64,000 bases of DNA, from positions 15,734 through 79,733 of the forward strand of contig CAIUDG010000136.1 of the NCBI GenBank assembly GCA_903897925.1, given 5' to 3'. Made by a program: the position numbers and the translations under genes. The notes under the pieces were generated by a model. It was not told the DNA's origin. It was given only the letters and a program-made list of their open reading frames with translations, and did no database searches. Of this stretch, positions 45,540 through 54,661 are shown one piece after another (position 1 is the first letter of the stretch; each line of letters begins with the position of its first letter). The stretch is from an uncultured beta proteobacterium (lineage in GTDB: Bacteria > Pseudomonadota > Gammaproteobacteria > Burkholderiales > Burkholderiaceae_C).

Positions 45540-48500
45540 TTAAGCCAATTGCGCCGGCGTCTGGCGCCAGTTGCCGACCCAGGCCAGTACCTGGTCCGCT
45601 GGCATTGGCCTGGATATGCCATAGCCTTGGGCATAGGGGCAACCCATTTGCTGCAGCAGCTGGCCAAGTTCCAGGGTTTCGACGCCCTCGGCAATGACCT
45701 CGCGGTGCAGCGCCGCCGCCAGCTGGATGACGCCGCGCACAATGCCCAGGTCTTCCGGGTCAGTCAGCATGTTGCGCACAAAACTCTGGTCGATTTTCAG
45801 GGTGTCCACCGGCAGCTTGCGCAAGTAGGTCAGCGAGGAATAGCCGGTGCCAAAGTCGTCCAGCGAAAAATGCACGCCCAGCGCCTTGCAGCAATGCAGG
45901 ATGGCAGCTGCTTGTTCTATGTCGGCCAGCGCGGCGGTCTCCAGCACTTCCAGTTCAAAGTTGGATGCCAGCACCTGCGGGTGCTGTTGCAGCGCCGTTT
46001 CCAGGTGCTCGGTAAAGCCCGGCAGCAACAGATGGTTGGCGCTGACGTTGACGCTGACGCGCAGGCGCAGACCCTGGGCCTGCCAGTGGTCGATTTGCGA
46101 CAGCGCGGTTTCGATGACCCATTCGCCCAGCGGGCGCTCCAGCTGGCTGCCGGTGACCTGCGGCAAAAATTCGCCCGGCGCCAGCAAGCCGCGCTCCGGG
46201 TGTTGCCAGCGTATCAAGGCCTCCATGCCGATGACTTCGCGGGTGTCGAGGTTGACTTTGGGCTGGTAGAACAGCACAAATTCCTGCTGCGCGAAGCCAC
46301 GCTGCACCCGCGCCAGAAATGCGCGGTGCTGTTGCGCCACGCGGTCCAGCGTCGCATCAAACAGCTGGTAGCGGTTCTTGCCGGCCTGCTTGGCCAGGTA
46401 CATGGCCTGGTCGGCGTGGCGCAGCAAGGTATCCGGGTCGGCGTTGTCGTCGGGGTACAGGCTGACACCAATACTTGCGGTCAGGCGCAGGCTGTGCCCG
46501 GCCACCTCGAGCGGCTGCTGCACCGCCAGCAACACGCGGTCCAGCACCATGGCGAACTCTTCGGTGGAATTGACTTCGGACAGCAGCAGCACAAATTCGT
46601 CGCCGCCCATGCGTGCCAAGGTGTCTTCGCTGCGCAAGGCACCTTGCAGCAGCTGGCTTACCGCCACCAGCACCATGTCGCCGACCGAGTGGCTGTACTG
46701 GTCGTTGATTTCCTTGAAGCCGTCCAGGTCCAGGAAGCACACAGCGCTGGATTTGCCGCTGCGCAGCGAGCGCGCAAAGGCTTGCCGCAGCCGGTCTGAC
46801 AGCAGGCGGCGGTTCGGCAGCTCGGTGAGTGAGTCATAGTTGGCGGCATGCTCGAGCTCGACTTCATGGGCCTTGAGCTGGCTGATGTCGGTGTACAGGC
46901 TGACGTATTGCTGGATACGACCGTTCTGGTCGCGCACCGCGGTGACCGATTGCAAGGCAGCATAGATTTCGCCGGATTTCTTGCGGTTCCAGATTTCGCC
47001 GTGCCAGAAGTCGTTTTGCTTCAGGGCGCTCCAGAACGTCTGGAAGAAGGCGATGCTATGGCGCCCGGAGGCGAGCAGCTTGGGCGACTTGCCCCGTACC
47101 TCGTCGATTGCATAGCCGGTCATGCGGGTGAAGGACGGGTTGATGCGATGGATCAGGCCGTTGGCGTTGACCACCATGATGCCCTGGTAGCTGTGTTCAA
47201 ACACCGCCGAGGCCTCGAGTTGCGCGGCTTCCAGCCGCTTACGCTCGGAGATGTCGGTGTGGGTGCCGGACATCATCAGCGGCTGGCCGTTGTCGGCGCG
47301 CGAGACAACGCGTCCGTTGGTCAGAATCCAGCGCCAGTCACCCTGTTTGGTCTTGCAGCGGATCTCCACCTCGTGGCGTGGCGTCTCGCCGCGCAAATGG
47401 GCTTGAATCGAGGCCTGCGCCTTGGGCAGATCATCCGGGTGGACCAGGGCCGGCCAGTGTGCGACATCGACCTGGATTTCCCCCGGTGCATAGCCGAGCA
47501 TGGTTTGCCAGCGGTCGCTGACCTGGAACGCATTGGTCTGCATATTCCAGTCCCAATAGCCCTGATCGGAGCCTGCCAGCACGCGCGACAGCTGTTCTTC
47601 GCTGTGGCGCCGTGCGTCTTCGATTTTGTGGCGTTCGCTGATGTCGGTGCCGAGCACGTAATAACCTGTCACCTGCCCGTTGACGTCGGTGAGGGGCAGG
47701 TAGTTGATCATTTGCCAGACGCCGGGGAAGGGCTCCCAGTCGTAGCTTTGCGCTTCGCCCCGCAGTGCCTTGCTGATCAGCGGCTCGGCGATCTGGTAGC
47801 GCGTTTCGCCCAGCACCGTGCGCACCGGGTGGCCGGTCAGGTCACTGATGTCGGGTGCAAAGCGTTGCCGGTACTGTTCGTTGACGTACAGGTAGTTGCG
47901 CTCGGCGTCGACGCAGGCAATCAGCGCCGGCAGGTTGTTGATGATGTGGAACAGATGGTGCTGGCTCGCCTGCAGCTGTTTGCTGCGTTCGGCGACGCGC
48001 TGTTCCAGCAGCTGGTTCTGGTTCTGGATCGTGCGCTTGGCCTGGCGCGCCAGGGTTTCATCACGGAACACCAGCACCACGCCCGATACATTGCCTTGCG
48101 GGGTGCGCATGGGTGAGGCGCTGTCGGCGATGGGAACTTCCTGGCCGTCGCGCGCAATCAGCAAGGTGTGGTTCGCCAATTCATGGATTTCACCGGTGGC
48201 CAGCACCCGGGCTACCGGAATCTCGGCCGGCAGGCGGGTTTCCTCGTGAACGATGTGAAATACCAGATCAATCGGCTGGCCCAGGGCTTCGGCCTCGCCC
48301 CAGCCGGTAAGGTGCTGCGCCACCGGATTGATGTGGGTAATGCGCCCGGCGATGTCGGTGGCCAGCACGCCATCGCCAATTGAGCGCAGTGTGATGGCCA
48401 GTTTTTCCTGGCTGTGCGCCAGGTCGCGCCGGTGCTGCTCGGCGTTCAGAATCTGGTGCCGGATGGTGCTGTAGGCGACCATCAGGAAGCCCAGCAAGAG

Positions 48501-49094
48501 CAGGGACGCCAGCGCGCTGAAGTTGGCCAGGCGCTGATTGGCCTGGGTTTGCTGGGCCAGGCGCTGGTCGAGCACGCTGCGTTCGTCTTGCTGCATTGCC
48601 GCCAGCAGCACAGCGCTCTGGTTGCGGGTGGCTTGCAAAGGGGCCGAATTGGCGATGCTGTTGGCAGCACGCAGGTTGCCGGATTTGCGCAGCGTTTCGA
48701 TCTGGCGTGAAATCGCCAGCCGCTGGTTGAGTACGTCGCGCAGCTGGTCCCAGCGATCGTGTTGTACTTCGTTGTCGGCGGTATGCAGCCGGATTTGTTG
48801 CATCAGCGCTTCGCGCGAACGGATGGCTGCGTCGCGTTCCTGCAATCTGGCCGGGTCGCCAGTGATGCGAAAGCTCTGCGTGCTGAGTTCAACCTGGATG
48901 GTGTCGGCGCGCGCGCGCTCCATCGTGTTGATGGATTCCTGGGTCTGCATGACCAGACCATCGGCGACGGCGGAATCGTGCGCCAGCTGCCAGGTGATGC
49001 CGGTCATGAGTGCGACGACGACGGTAGAAGCGGCGAAAGCGGTAAGAACCCGGGATTCAATACTTGTTGACAGCTTCACAGACACCCTTTGCAT
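45540..49094 (-). CDS. CHASE3-PAS(xN)-GGDEF-EAL signalling protein
   Basis: 1184 aa. The N-terminus is a TM helix, a CHASE3-like helical domain, then a second TM helix. Several PAS/PAC modules follow. The GGDEF domain has an I-site (RSEDTLARMGGDEF). The EAL signatures are EALIRW and DDFGTGYSSL. Confidence 0.9.
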   Translation of the reverse strand: MQRVSVKLSTSIESRVLTAFAASTVVVALMTGITWQLAHDSAVADGLVMQTQESINTMERARADTIQVELSTQSFRITGDPARLQERDAAIRSREALMQQIRLHTADNEVQHDRWDQLRDVLNQRLAISRQIETLRKSGNLRAANSIANSAPLQATRNQSAVLLAAMQQDERSVLDQRLAQQTQANQRLANFSALASLLLLGFLMVAYSTIRHQILNAEQHRRDLAHSQEKLAITLRSIGDGVLATDIAGRITHINPVAQHLTGWGEAEALGQPIDLVFHIVHEETRLPAEIPVARVLATGEIHELANHTLLIARDGQEVPIADSASPMRTPQGNVSGVVLVFRDETLARQAKRTIQNQNQLLEQRVAERSKQLQASQHHLFHIINNLPALIACVDAERNYLYVNEQYRQRFAPDISDLTGHPVRTVLGETRYQIAEPLISKALRGEAQSYDWEPFPGVWQMINYLPLTDVNGQVTGYYVLGTDISERHKIEDARRHSEEQLSRVLAGSDQGYWDWNMQTNAFQVSDRWQTMLGYAPGEIQVDVAHWPALVHPDDLPKAQASIQAHLRGETPRHEVEIRCKTKQGDWRWILTNGRVVSRADNGQPLMMSGTHTDISERKRLEAAQLEASAVFEHSYQGIMVVNANGLIHRINPSFTRMTGYAIDEVRGKSPKLLASGRHSIAFFQTFWSALKQNDFWHGEIWNRKKSGEIYAALQSVTAVRDQNGRIQQYVSLYTDISQLKAHEVELEHAANYDSLTELPNRRLLSDRLRQAFARSLRSGKSSAVCFLDLDGFKEINDQYSHSVGDMVLVAVSQLLQGALRSEDTLARMGGDEFVLLLSEVNSTEEFAMVLDRVLLAVQQPLEVAGHSLRLTASIGVSLYPDDNADPDTLLRHADQAMYLAKQAGKNRYQLFDATLDRVAQQHRAFLARVQRGFAQQEFVLFYQPKVNLDTREVIGMEALIRWQHPERGLLAPGEFLPQVTGSQLERPLGEWVIETALSQIDHWQAQGLRLRVSVNVSANHLLLPGFTEHLETALQQHPQVLASNFELEVLETAALADIEQAAAILHCCKALGVHFSLDDFGTGYSSLTYLRKLPVDTLKIDQSFVRNMLTDPEDLGIVRGVIQLAAALHREVIAEGVETLELGQLLQQMGCPYAQGYGISRPMPADQVLAWVGNWRQTPAQLA

Positions 49095-49257
49095 CTCCGT
49101 CCTGTGGGCGACCCTGGCGTGCAGTCGTCAGGCCAGTGCCGCGGTCCAATAGTGGGCCGCAGGCGTGACCATAGCACCGCCCCGTGTGTTTTGGCACAGA
49201 GGGCGCAACTTTTTCGTGCCTGGCAACGCCCGGCGAGCGTGCGCGCTTGCCACGCGT

Positions 49258-50376
49258 TTACTGCGCCTGGATCACGCCACGGCGCAGCTGGTCGCGTTCC
49301 AGCGACTCAAACAAGGCTTTGAAATTGCCTTCACCAAAGCCTTCGTCGTTCTTGCGCTGGATGAATTCAAAGAACACCGGTCCGAGCAGGCATTGTGAAA
49401 ATATTTGCAGCAGCAGGCGTTTTTGTCCGTTGGCGGTGGAGCCGTCGAGCAGGATGCCGCGCGCCTGCAGTGCCGGCACCGGCTCGTCGTGGCCTGGCAG
49501 CCGCTCCTGCAGCATCTCGTAGTAGATGTCGTTGGGCGCGCTCATCAGCGGGATGCCGGCCATTTGCAGGGCGTCAACGCTGGCGCACAGGTCGTCGGTG
49601 AGCAGCGCCACGTGCTGTATGCCTTCACCGTTGAACTGCATCAGGAACTCTTCAATCTGGCCCCCGGTTTTGCCGGACTCTTCGTTCAGCGGAATGCGGA
49701 TCAGTCCGTCCGGCGCTGTCATGGCGCGGCTGCTCAGGCCGGTGTGCGCGCCCTGGATGTTGAAGTAGCGGATTTCGCGGAAATTGAAAATGCGCTCATA
49801 AAAACTGCTCCAAAACGCCATGCGCCCCTTGTAGACGTTGTGTGTCAGGTGGTCGATGCGGCGAAAACCGTGGCCGACCGGGTGCCGGTCCACGCCTTCG
49901 ATGAACTCGAAGTCGATGTCATAAATGCTTTTGCCGTCTTCAAAGCGGTCGATCAGGTACAGCGGCGCGCCGCCAATGCCTTTGATGGCCGGTAGGCGCA
50001 GCTCCATCGGGCCGGTGGGCAGCTCCATGGGTTGGGCGCCCAAGTCCAGCGCGCGCTGGTAGGCCCGGTGTGAATCACGGACCCGGAACGCCAGACCGCA
50101 GGCGCTCGGACCATGCTCGGCGGCAAAGTAGCCGACACCGCTTTTCGCTTCCCGGTTGACGATGAAGTTGATATCGCCCTGGCGGTACAGCAGCACGTCC
50201 TTGCTGCGGTGGCGTGCCACCAGCGTGAAGCCCATGCGTTCGAACAGCGGTTCGAGTACCTGGGGCAGGGGTGAGGCAAATTCGACAAATTCGAATCCGC
50301 ACAGGCCCATTGGGTTGTCGAACAGGTCGGTAGTGGCGGCTGTAGTTGCGGCGGTTGTGGCAGTGGGTGTGGGCAT
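49258..50376 (-). CDS. hppD: 4-hydroxyphenylpyruvate dioxygenase
   Basis: Start placed at MPTPTATT, with GGAG upstream. The sequence is collinear with HppD: [45 protein letters not shown] and [29 protein letters not shown]. Confidence 0.9.
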   Translation of the reverse strand: MPTPTATTAATTAATTDLFDNPMGLCGFEFVEFASPLPQVLEPLFERMGFTLVARHRSKDVLLYRQGDINFIVNREAKSGVGYFAAEHGPSACGLAFRVRDSHRAYQRALDLGAQPMELPTGPMELRLPAIKGIGGAPLYLIDRFEDGKSIYDIDFEFIEGVDRHPVGHGFRRIDHLTHNVYKGRMAFWSSFYERIFNFREIRYFNIQGAHTGLSSRAMTAPDGLIRIPLNEESGKTGGQIEEFLMQFNGEGIQHVALLTDDLCASVDALQMAGIPLMSAPNDIYYEMLQERLPGHDEPVPALQARGILLDGSTANGQKRLLLQIFSQCLLGPVFFEFIQRKNDEGFGEGNFKALFESLERDQLRRGVIQAQ

Positions 50377-50593
50377 GGTGGCTCCGGTCTCGGGGGGTGG
50401 CGCTGAAATCGTAATCCGTCTGGCACGACAATCGTGCATTACTTGGTGTCTTTGTGTCAGGAATATATGCCGGTTCGCAAGAAAGTGGATGCCCAGGCCA
50501 GGGCCTGATGTTGCTGTTGTGCAGGGGCTGGGGTTTTCAGCAGCTGGCGCCGCTGCTGCGGGGTGCGCCAGCGTCTGCAGGCCGGCAACTGAT

Positions 50594-51133
50594 TCAGGCG
50601 CCCGGGTGCAGCTGCGCGACCCAGGGCGCAAACACTTCCATCACCCGCAGCGCCGCGCCATGGCGCCAGAACACTGAGCTGCGCGCCCAACGCGGCAGCG
50701 CTGCAGGCTGAGGCGCGGCTGCGCGGTGCTGCCACTGGCGCTGAATCGCACGGTCGAGTGCGCCCTGGCGTGGCGCGCGCGCAGCCTGCAAGGGCGCGCG
50801 CCGCAGGGGGGCGCCGGCAAACAGCAGTTCTGCCAGCGGACGCGCACCCAGTCCTCGCAAGGCTTTCCAGGGCCCTTGCACGGCGCGCGCCGTGGTGGCG
50901 CTGCGTGCCCACACGGCAGGGCGTCCCTGCAGGTGCAAGATGACTTCGCGGACGTAGCCGCTGCGCGCCTGCAGGTCCCGCTGTTCGGCGCGGCGCAGCG
51001 GCAGGAGGCCCTGGCGCAGCACCTGTACCTGCACCGGTCCATGGCGGCGCAGGCGCGCGGTCAGTGATTGTTCGGCGCGCAGCCAACGGCGCAGTGCCGG
51101 GGCGCTGGGATAGGCCGCTTGTTGCTGCTGCAT
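50594..51133 (-). CDS. ubiC: Chorismate pyruvate-lyase-like protein
   Basis: Blocks align with my recollection of E. coli UbiC: [35 protein letters not shown], and [22 protein letters not shown]. The start is uncertain (51133 or 51166). The sequence is very Arg/Ala-rich, and other frames are also open here. Confidence 0.55.
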   Translation of the reverse strand: MQQQQAAYPSAPALRRWLRAEQSLTARLRRHGPVQVQVLRQGLLPLRRAEQRDLQARSGYVREVILHLQGRPAVWARSATTARAVQGPWKALRGLGARPLAELLFAGAPLRRAPLQAARAPRQGALDRAIQRQWQHRAAAPQPAALPRWARSSVFWRHGAALRVMEVFAPWVAQLHPGA

Positions 51134-51146
51134 CGGACTCGGCGCT

Positions 51147-52439
51147 TCAGGGGAAGAAGGGGGCAAACAGGTCGCGCAGCTTCTTTACCGCGTCGAGCTG
51201 CGCCGGGCGCATTTCCTGGCGCACTTCCCAGTCGCAGTAGACCAGGCCGGAGACCTGGCTGGAGGCAATCGGCACGATGATGAATTGCCGGACCAGTGGC
51301 AGCAGCTGGCGGTACACCGCCGGCAAGGCCGAGGGTTTCAGGCGCGTGGTGTCGTCAATCACAATTTCGACCTTGTTGCGGATCGCCAGATGAAAGGCCG
51401 TGGGTGCAAACTCCGCAGCAATAATCAGTTGCTGTTGCAGTGCCTCCAAGTGCGGACCGTAGCCGGCACGGATGCGAAATTCGCCGGAGCGCGTCAGCAT
51501 GAACAGCAGGCAGCGGTTGGACTGCAGGGTGCCGGCATAGAGCGGCAGCATGACTTTGGCCAGGTCGTCGATGACGCGCCGCTTTTCCTGCCGGATGGCG
51601 CTGTGCAGTTGGCCGATGGCGGCGGGGCTGGCGGGCGGTGCCGGGGCCACCACCGGGGCCGGTGGTGGTTGTACGTCAGCGATTTTTGTGCGGATCAGGG
51701 TGTCCAGGCCGGCCTTGTCGACATCCGGCAGGTCCAGTGCCTGCAACAATTCCTGCACCAGCTCGCTCTTGCCTTGGTAAACCAATGCGGCGGCCTGGCT
51801 GGAAAAGCGGGAAATCCCCACCAGGGTCGGGTCCCCGGTGCCGTTGATGCTGGACAAAATGTAATTCGGCAGGTTCCAGCGGCTGGCCAGTTCAACGCCG
51901 ATTTCCTGGAACGACATGCCCAGCACGTCGCTGGCGGCGTCTTGCGCGTCCACCCCCAGGCTGCACAGGCGCTCGATGGCACGTGCTTCTTCGGGCAGGT
52001 ATTTGGCAGTCATGAGCTGACCGATCTGGAACATCAGCGTGGCGATGGAGGCATCTTCGGCGCGGGCGCCGCAGGCCTGGCGCGCCAGTTCCGAGGCGAA
52101 CAGCGTTTGCGACAGGCTGGCATCGGCGCGCAACTCTTCCTCGGTGATCAGGTCGGTGCTCAGTACCAGGTGCATCAGGGCTTCCGGGTCGAGCACGTTC
52201 AGGGCCGCAGTTACCGAGGCGGCACCGACGCCAAAGGGCGCGTACATGGACGAGTTGGCCAGCTTCAGCACGCGCTGCGTCAGCGCGAAATCTTCGATGA
52301 TGTGCTTGACCACTTCTTGCTTGCCGGTGTCGTCGCTGTCGAGCGCGCCGAGCACGGACACCACGGAACGTTCCGAGGCGGGAACCCCGGGTGACGCCTG
52401 CATGGCATGGATCAAGCGGTCAAGAATGGGCGTACTCAT
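51147..52439 (-). CDS. HDOD-domain signalling protein with a C-terminal GAF-like region
   Basis: The HDOD signature is IIEDFALTQRVLKLANSSMYAPFG. The start overlaps the stop of the upstream GGDEF-EAL gene (ATGA, 52436-52439). Confidence 0.8.
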   Translation of the reverse strand: MSTPILDRLIHAMQASPGVPASERSVVSVLGALDSDDTGKQEVVKHIIEDFALTQRVLKLANSSMYAPFGVGAASVTAALNVLDPEALMHLVLSTDLITEEELRADASLSQTLFASELARQACGARAEDASIATLMFQIGQLMTAKYLPEEARAIERLCSLGVDAQDAASDVLGMSFQEIGVELASRWNLPNYILSSINGTGDPTLVGISRFSSQAAALVYQGKSELVQELLQALDLPDVDKAGLDTLIRTKIADVQPPPAPVVAPAPPASPAAIGQLHSAIRQEKRRVIDDLAKVMLPLYAGTLQSNRCLLFMLTRSGEFRIRAGYGPHLEALQQQLIIAAEFAPTAFHLAIRNKVEIVIDDTTRLKPSALPAVYRQLLPLVRQFIIVPIASSQVSGLVYCDWEVRQEMRPAQLDAVKKLRDLFAPFFP

Positions 52440-54073
52440 GCCAAAGCTTTGGCGCGCGCCGGCAGGCGATTGATCAGACTAACCGCCGACATTGGCTTGC
52501 CCGTCAGATAGCCCTGTACATAGTCGCAGCCGGCGGCCAGCAGGAAGTCCCATTGGGCTTCGGTTTCCACGCCTTCGGCCAATACGCTCAGATCGATGCT
52601 GTGTGCCAGGTTGATCATGGCGCTGACCAGCTTGCGGTTGGTTTGCGCGCTGGGCGCGGGATCGTCCATGGCGCTGACAAATGCCTTGTCGATTTTGATG
52701 CTGGAAACCGGCAGCCGGGTCAGGTACGACAGGCTGGAAAAACCGGTGCCGAAGTCATCGATCGAGAAGCGCACGCCGACCTCGCGCAAATGGCTCAGGA
52801 TTTGTTCGATGTGTTGCTGGCTTCCCATCAGGGTCGATTCGGTGATTTCGAGCACCAGCTTGTGCGGATTGACGCCGGTTTCCTGCAGCGCTTCGAGCAC
52901 CTGCTGATCAAAGTGCGCCGCGCCAAACTGCAATGGCGACACATTCACCGACATCACAAAGTCCGGGTCGAGTTGGTGTATCAGTTTGAGCTGGTGGCAG
53001 GCGTAGCGCAGTGCCCATTTGCCGAGAAACGGCATCAGGCCGGATTCTTCGGCAATCGGGATGAACTGGTTCGGGCCGATCACGCCCAATGCCTGGTTGT
53101 GCCAGCGCATCAGCGCTTCGGCGCCAACCAGCCGGCGCTGCATATCAAACTGGGGCTGGAACTCCATCAGGAATTCGCCCTCCTGGATGCCGTTGTGGAT
53201 CGCCGCCTTGATGGAAAAATCGCTGCTGCCGGTGCTTGGACTAAATACCGTGATGCGGTTTTTACCGGCGCGCTTGGATTCATACATGGCGGTATCGGCG
53301 TTTTTCAGCAGCGTCGAATAGTCGGCGCCGTGCACCGGATATTCGGCAACGCCGATGCTGACACCGAGGTACATATTCAGCGGCGCCACATGGTAGGGCC
53401 GGGCAATGGCCAGCAGCACATTTCGCAGTGCCTGCTGCGCCGCCGCTGCGTTTTTGCCTTGGTACAGCAGCACGAATGCGTCACCGCCCAGGCGTGCCAG
53501 CACATCGTCTGGTTCAATCAGCTTGAGCAGGCGCTTGGTGGTCTCGGTCAGCGCGGCATCACCGGCGGTGTGGCCGTAGGTGTCGTTGACTTTTTTGAAG
53601 CCGTCGAGATCGAGCATGACGATGGAGAAGGGTTCGCGGCCCTCGGCAATGCGCAAGTCGGTGGTTTTTTGCAGAAAGGCGCGGTTCGGCAGTCCGGTGA
53701 GGCTGTCGTGTTCGTCGGCCGACACGCCGGCCAGGCCATCGCTCTTCCAGGGCGAAATGTCGATGACGCAAAAGGTGTACGGCTCGGACGGCGCGCGTGC
53801 CAGGTTGCGGATATGGATCCAGCGCGCCTGGCCATTGCGCAGCAGGCGCAGGTCACAGGTCCGTTGCTCGGAGCGACTCTGAATATATTCTGTGAAGCGT
53901 GTCAGGTCGTCCGGATGTACCAGTTCCATCCACCGGACGTGGCTGCTGCTGCTGCCGTGGCCCAGAAGATCGCGCAGCCAACCCGGTCCGCGGGTGGACA
54001 CCGCGCTGGTGTTATAGCCCGGGTCGATCTGCACCAGCGCGTCGAATAGATGCTCCAGCTGCGCGCTATTCAT
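52436..54073 (-). CDS. PAS-GGDEF(degenerate)-EAL protein, predicted phosphodiesterase
   Basis: The GGDEF site reads GGDAF (LARLGGDAFVLL) and the I-site RxxD is absent (EPDD). The EAL domain looks intact (EALMRW, EITES, DDFGTGFSSL, KIDKAFV). Confidence 0.9.
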   Translation of the reverse strand: MNSAQLEHLFDALVQIDPGYNTSAVSTRGPGWLRDLLGHGSSSSHVRWMELVHPDDLTRFTEYIQSRSEQRTCDLRLLRNGQARWIHIRNLARAPSEPYTFCVIDISPWKSDGLAGVSADEHDSLTGLPNRAFLQKTTDLRIAEGREPFSIVMLDLDGFKKVNDTYGHTAGDAALTETTKRLLKLIEPDDVLARLGGDAFVLLYQGKNAAAAQQALRNVLLAIARPYHVAPLNMYLGVSIGVAEYPVHGADYSTLLKNADTAMYESKRAGKNRITVFSPSTGSSDFSIKAAIHNGIQEGEFLMEFQPQFDMQRRLVGAEALMRWHNQALGVIGPNQFIPIAEESGLMPFLGKWALRYACHQLKLIHQLDPDFVMSVNVSPLQFGAAHFDQQVLEALQETGVNPHKLVLEITESTLMGSQQHIEQILSHLREVGVRFSIDDFGTGFSSLSYLTRLPVSSIKIDKAFVSAMDDPAPSAQTNRKLVSAMINLAHSIDLSVLAEGVETEAQWDFLLAAGCDYVQGYLTGKPMSAVSLINRLPARAKALA

Positions 54074-54140
54074 GCGCCACCCTGTAGCCAGGCCGGCTGC
54101 GTGATCCCGCGTGCCCGGCTTTTTGGAGGTGACGAGGCCT

Positions 54141-54155
54141 TTGCCAGGCTGGCAA
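54141..54155. promoter_or_regulatory. 15-bp palindrome, candidate operator in a divergent promoter region
   Basis: TTGCCAG-G-CTGGCAA has 7-bp perfect arms. It lies 68 nt upstream of the minus-strand start at 54073. Confidence 0.3.
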
Positions 54156-54394
54156 ATCTGCGATTTTCGAATATTTGCGAATCAAAACTCATTCACCAAC
54201 GGGGTCGATTGCGGCTGTTTATTTCACGAAACTTACGCATGCTACCCAAATTTGCCGAAAAATTTCAGGGTTGCTATCTATATTTGCCCTAAGTCAAAAA
54301 TGTAACGCGGAATTGCAGCGTCTGTTGTACACCTGCCAGGTGACAAAAGTATGGCGCCGCGGTGCCGGGACAGAGACAAGCTCGGGTATAACTA

Positions 54395-54433
54395 GGCACT
54401 TGAACCAGGCGCTTGAACTACGCACTTGCATGG
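54395..54433. promoter_or_regulatory. Three tandem imperfect 13-bp direct repeats, candidate iterated regulator-binding site
   Basis: GGCACTTGAACCA / GGCGCTTGAACTA / CGCACTTGCATGG lie back to back. They sit in the A/T-rich 588-nt intergenic region upstream of the PAS chemoreceptor gene. Confidence 0.3.
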
Positions 54434-54555
54434 TCCAGCTAGCGGCGCCGGAAATAGGTGCTTGTGCGGCAGGGCAAAGACACCAAATGAAAAAAATGCT
54501 AGGACAAGGGTCAACTGTTACAGGTTTTCACTTAGAGTTGCTGCCAGGAGCCTGG

Positions 54556-54600
54556 GCGGCAGAAATCGGGGGCCGTTTTCGCTGCGCCGATTTCCGCCGC
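54556..54600 (+). promoter_or_regulatory. Candidate 5'-leader hairpin of the PAS chemoreceptor gene
   Basis: Arm GCGGCAGAAATCGG (54556-54569) pairs with CCGATTTCCGCCGC (54587-54600), 13 of 14 positions, with a 17-nt loop. No U-tract follows. It ends 62 nt before the ATG at 54662. Confidence 0.3.
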
Positions 54601-54661
54601 ACAGGCTCATAGATCAATCGTTGGTAGGTGCGCCGCCCGGCGCGTTTTGTTGGAAATAGCC

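Noticed and set aside
49192-49207. A sigma-54-like element, TGGCACAGAGGGCGCA, on the plus strand
   Set aside because: The -24 half is perfect and the GG-N10-GC spacing is correct. However, the -12 half lacks TT, and there is no plus-strand gene downstream; it would run antisense into hppD.
50421-50438. TGGCACG ... TGCA upstream of hppD
   Set aside because: The GG to GC spacing is 12 nt rather than 10. The element is also on the strand pointing away from hppD.
50457-51166. Alternative frames overlapping the ubiC-like gene (for example 50457-51086 and 50641-51042)
   Set aside because: Only the 50594-51166 frame shows block-wise similarity to chorismate lyase. The others are Arg/Ala/Pro-rich with no motifs.
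54175-54612. A 145-aa ORF in the long intergenic region
   Set aside because: It is A/T-rich with atypical composition and has no SD or family signal. It spans the repeat and hairpin elements, which look regulatory.
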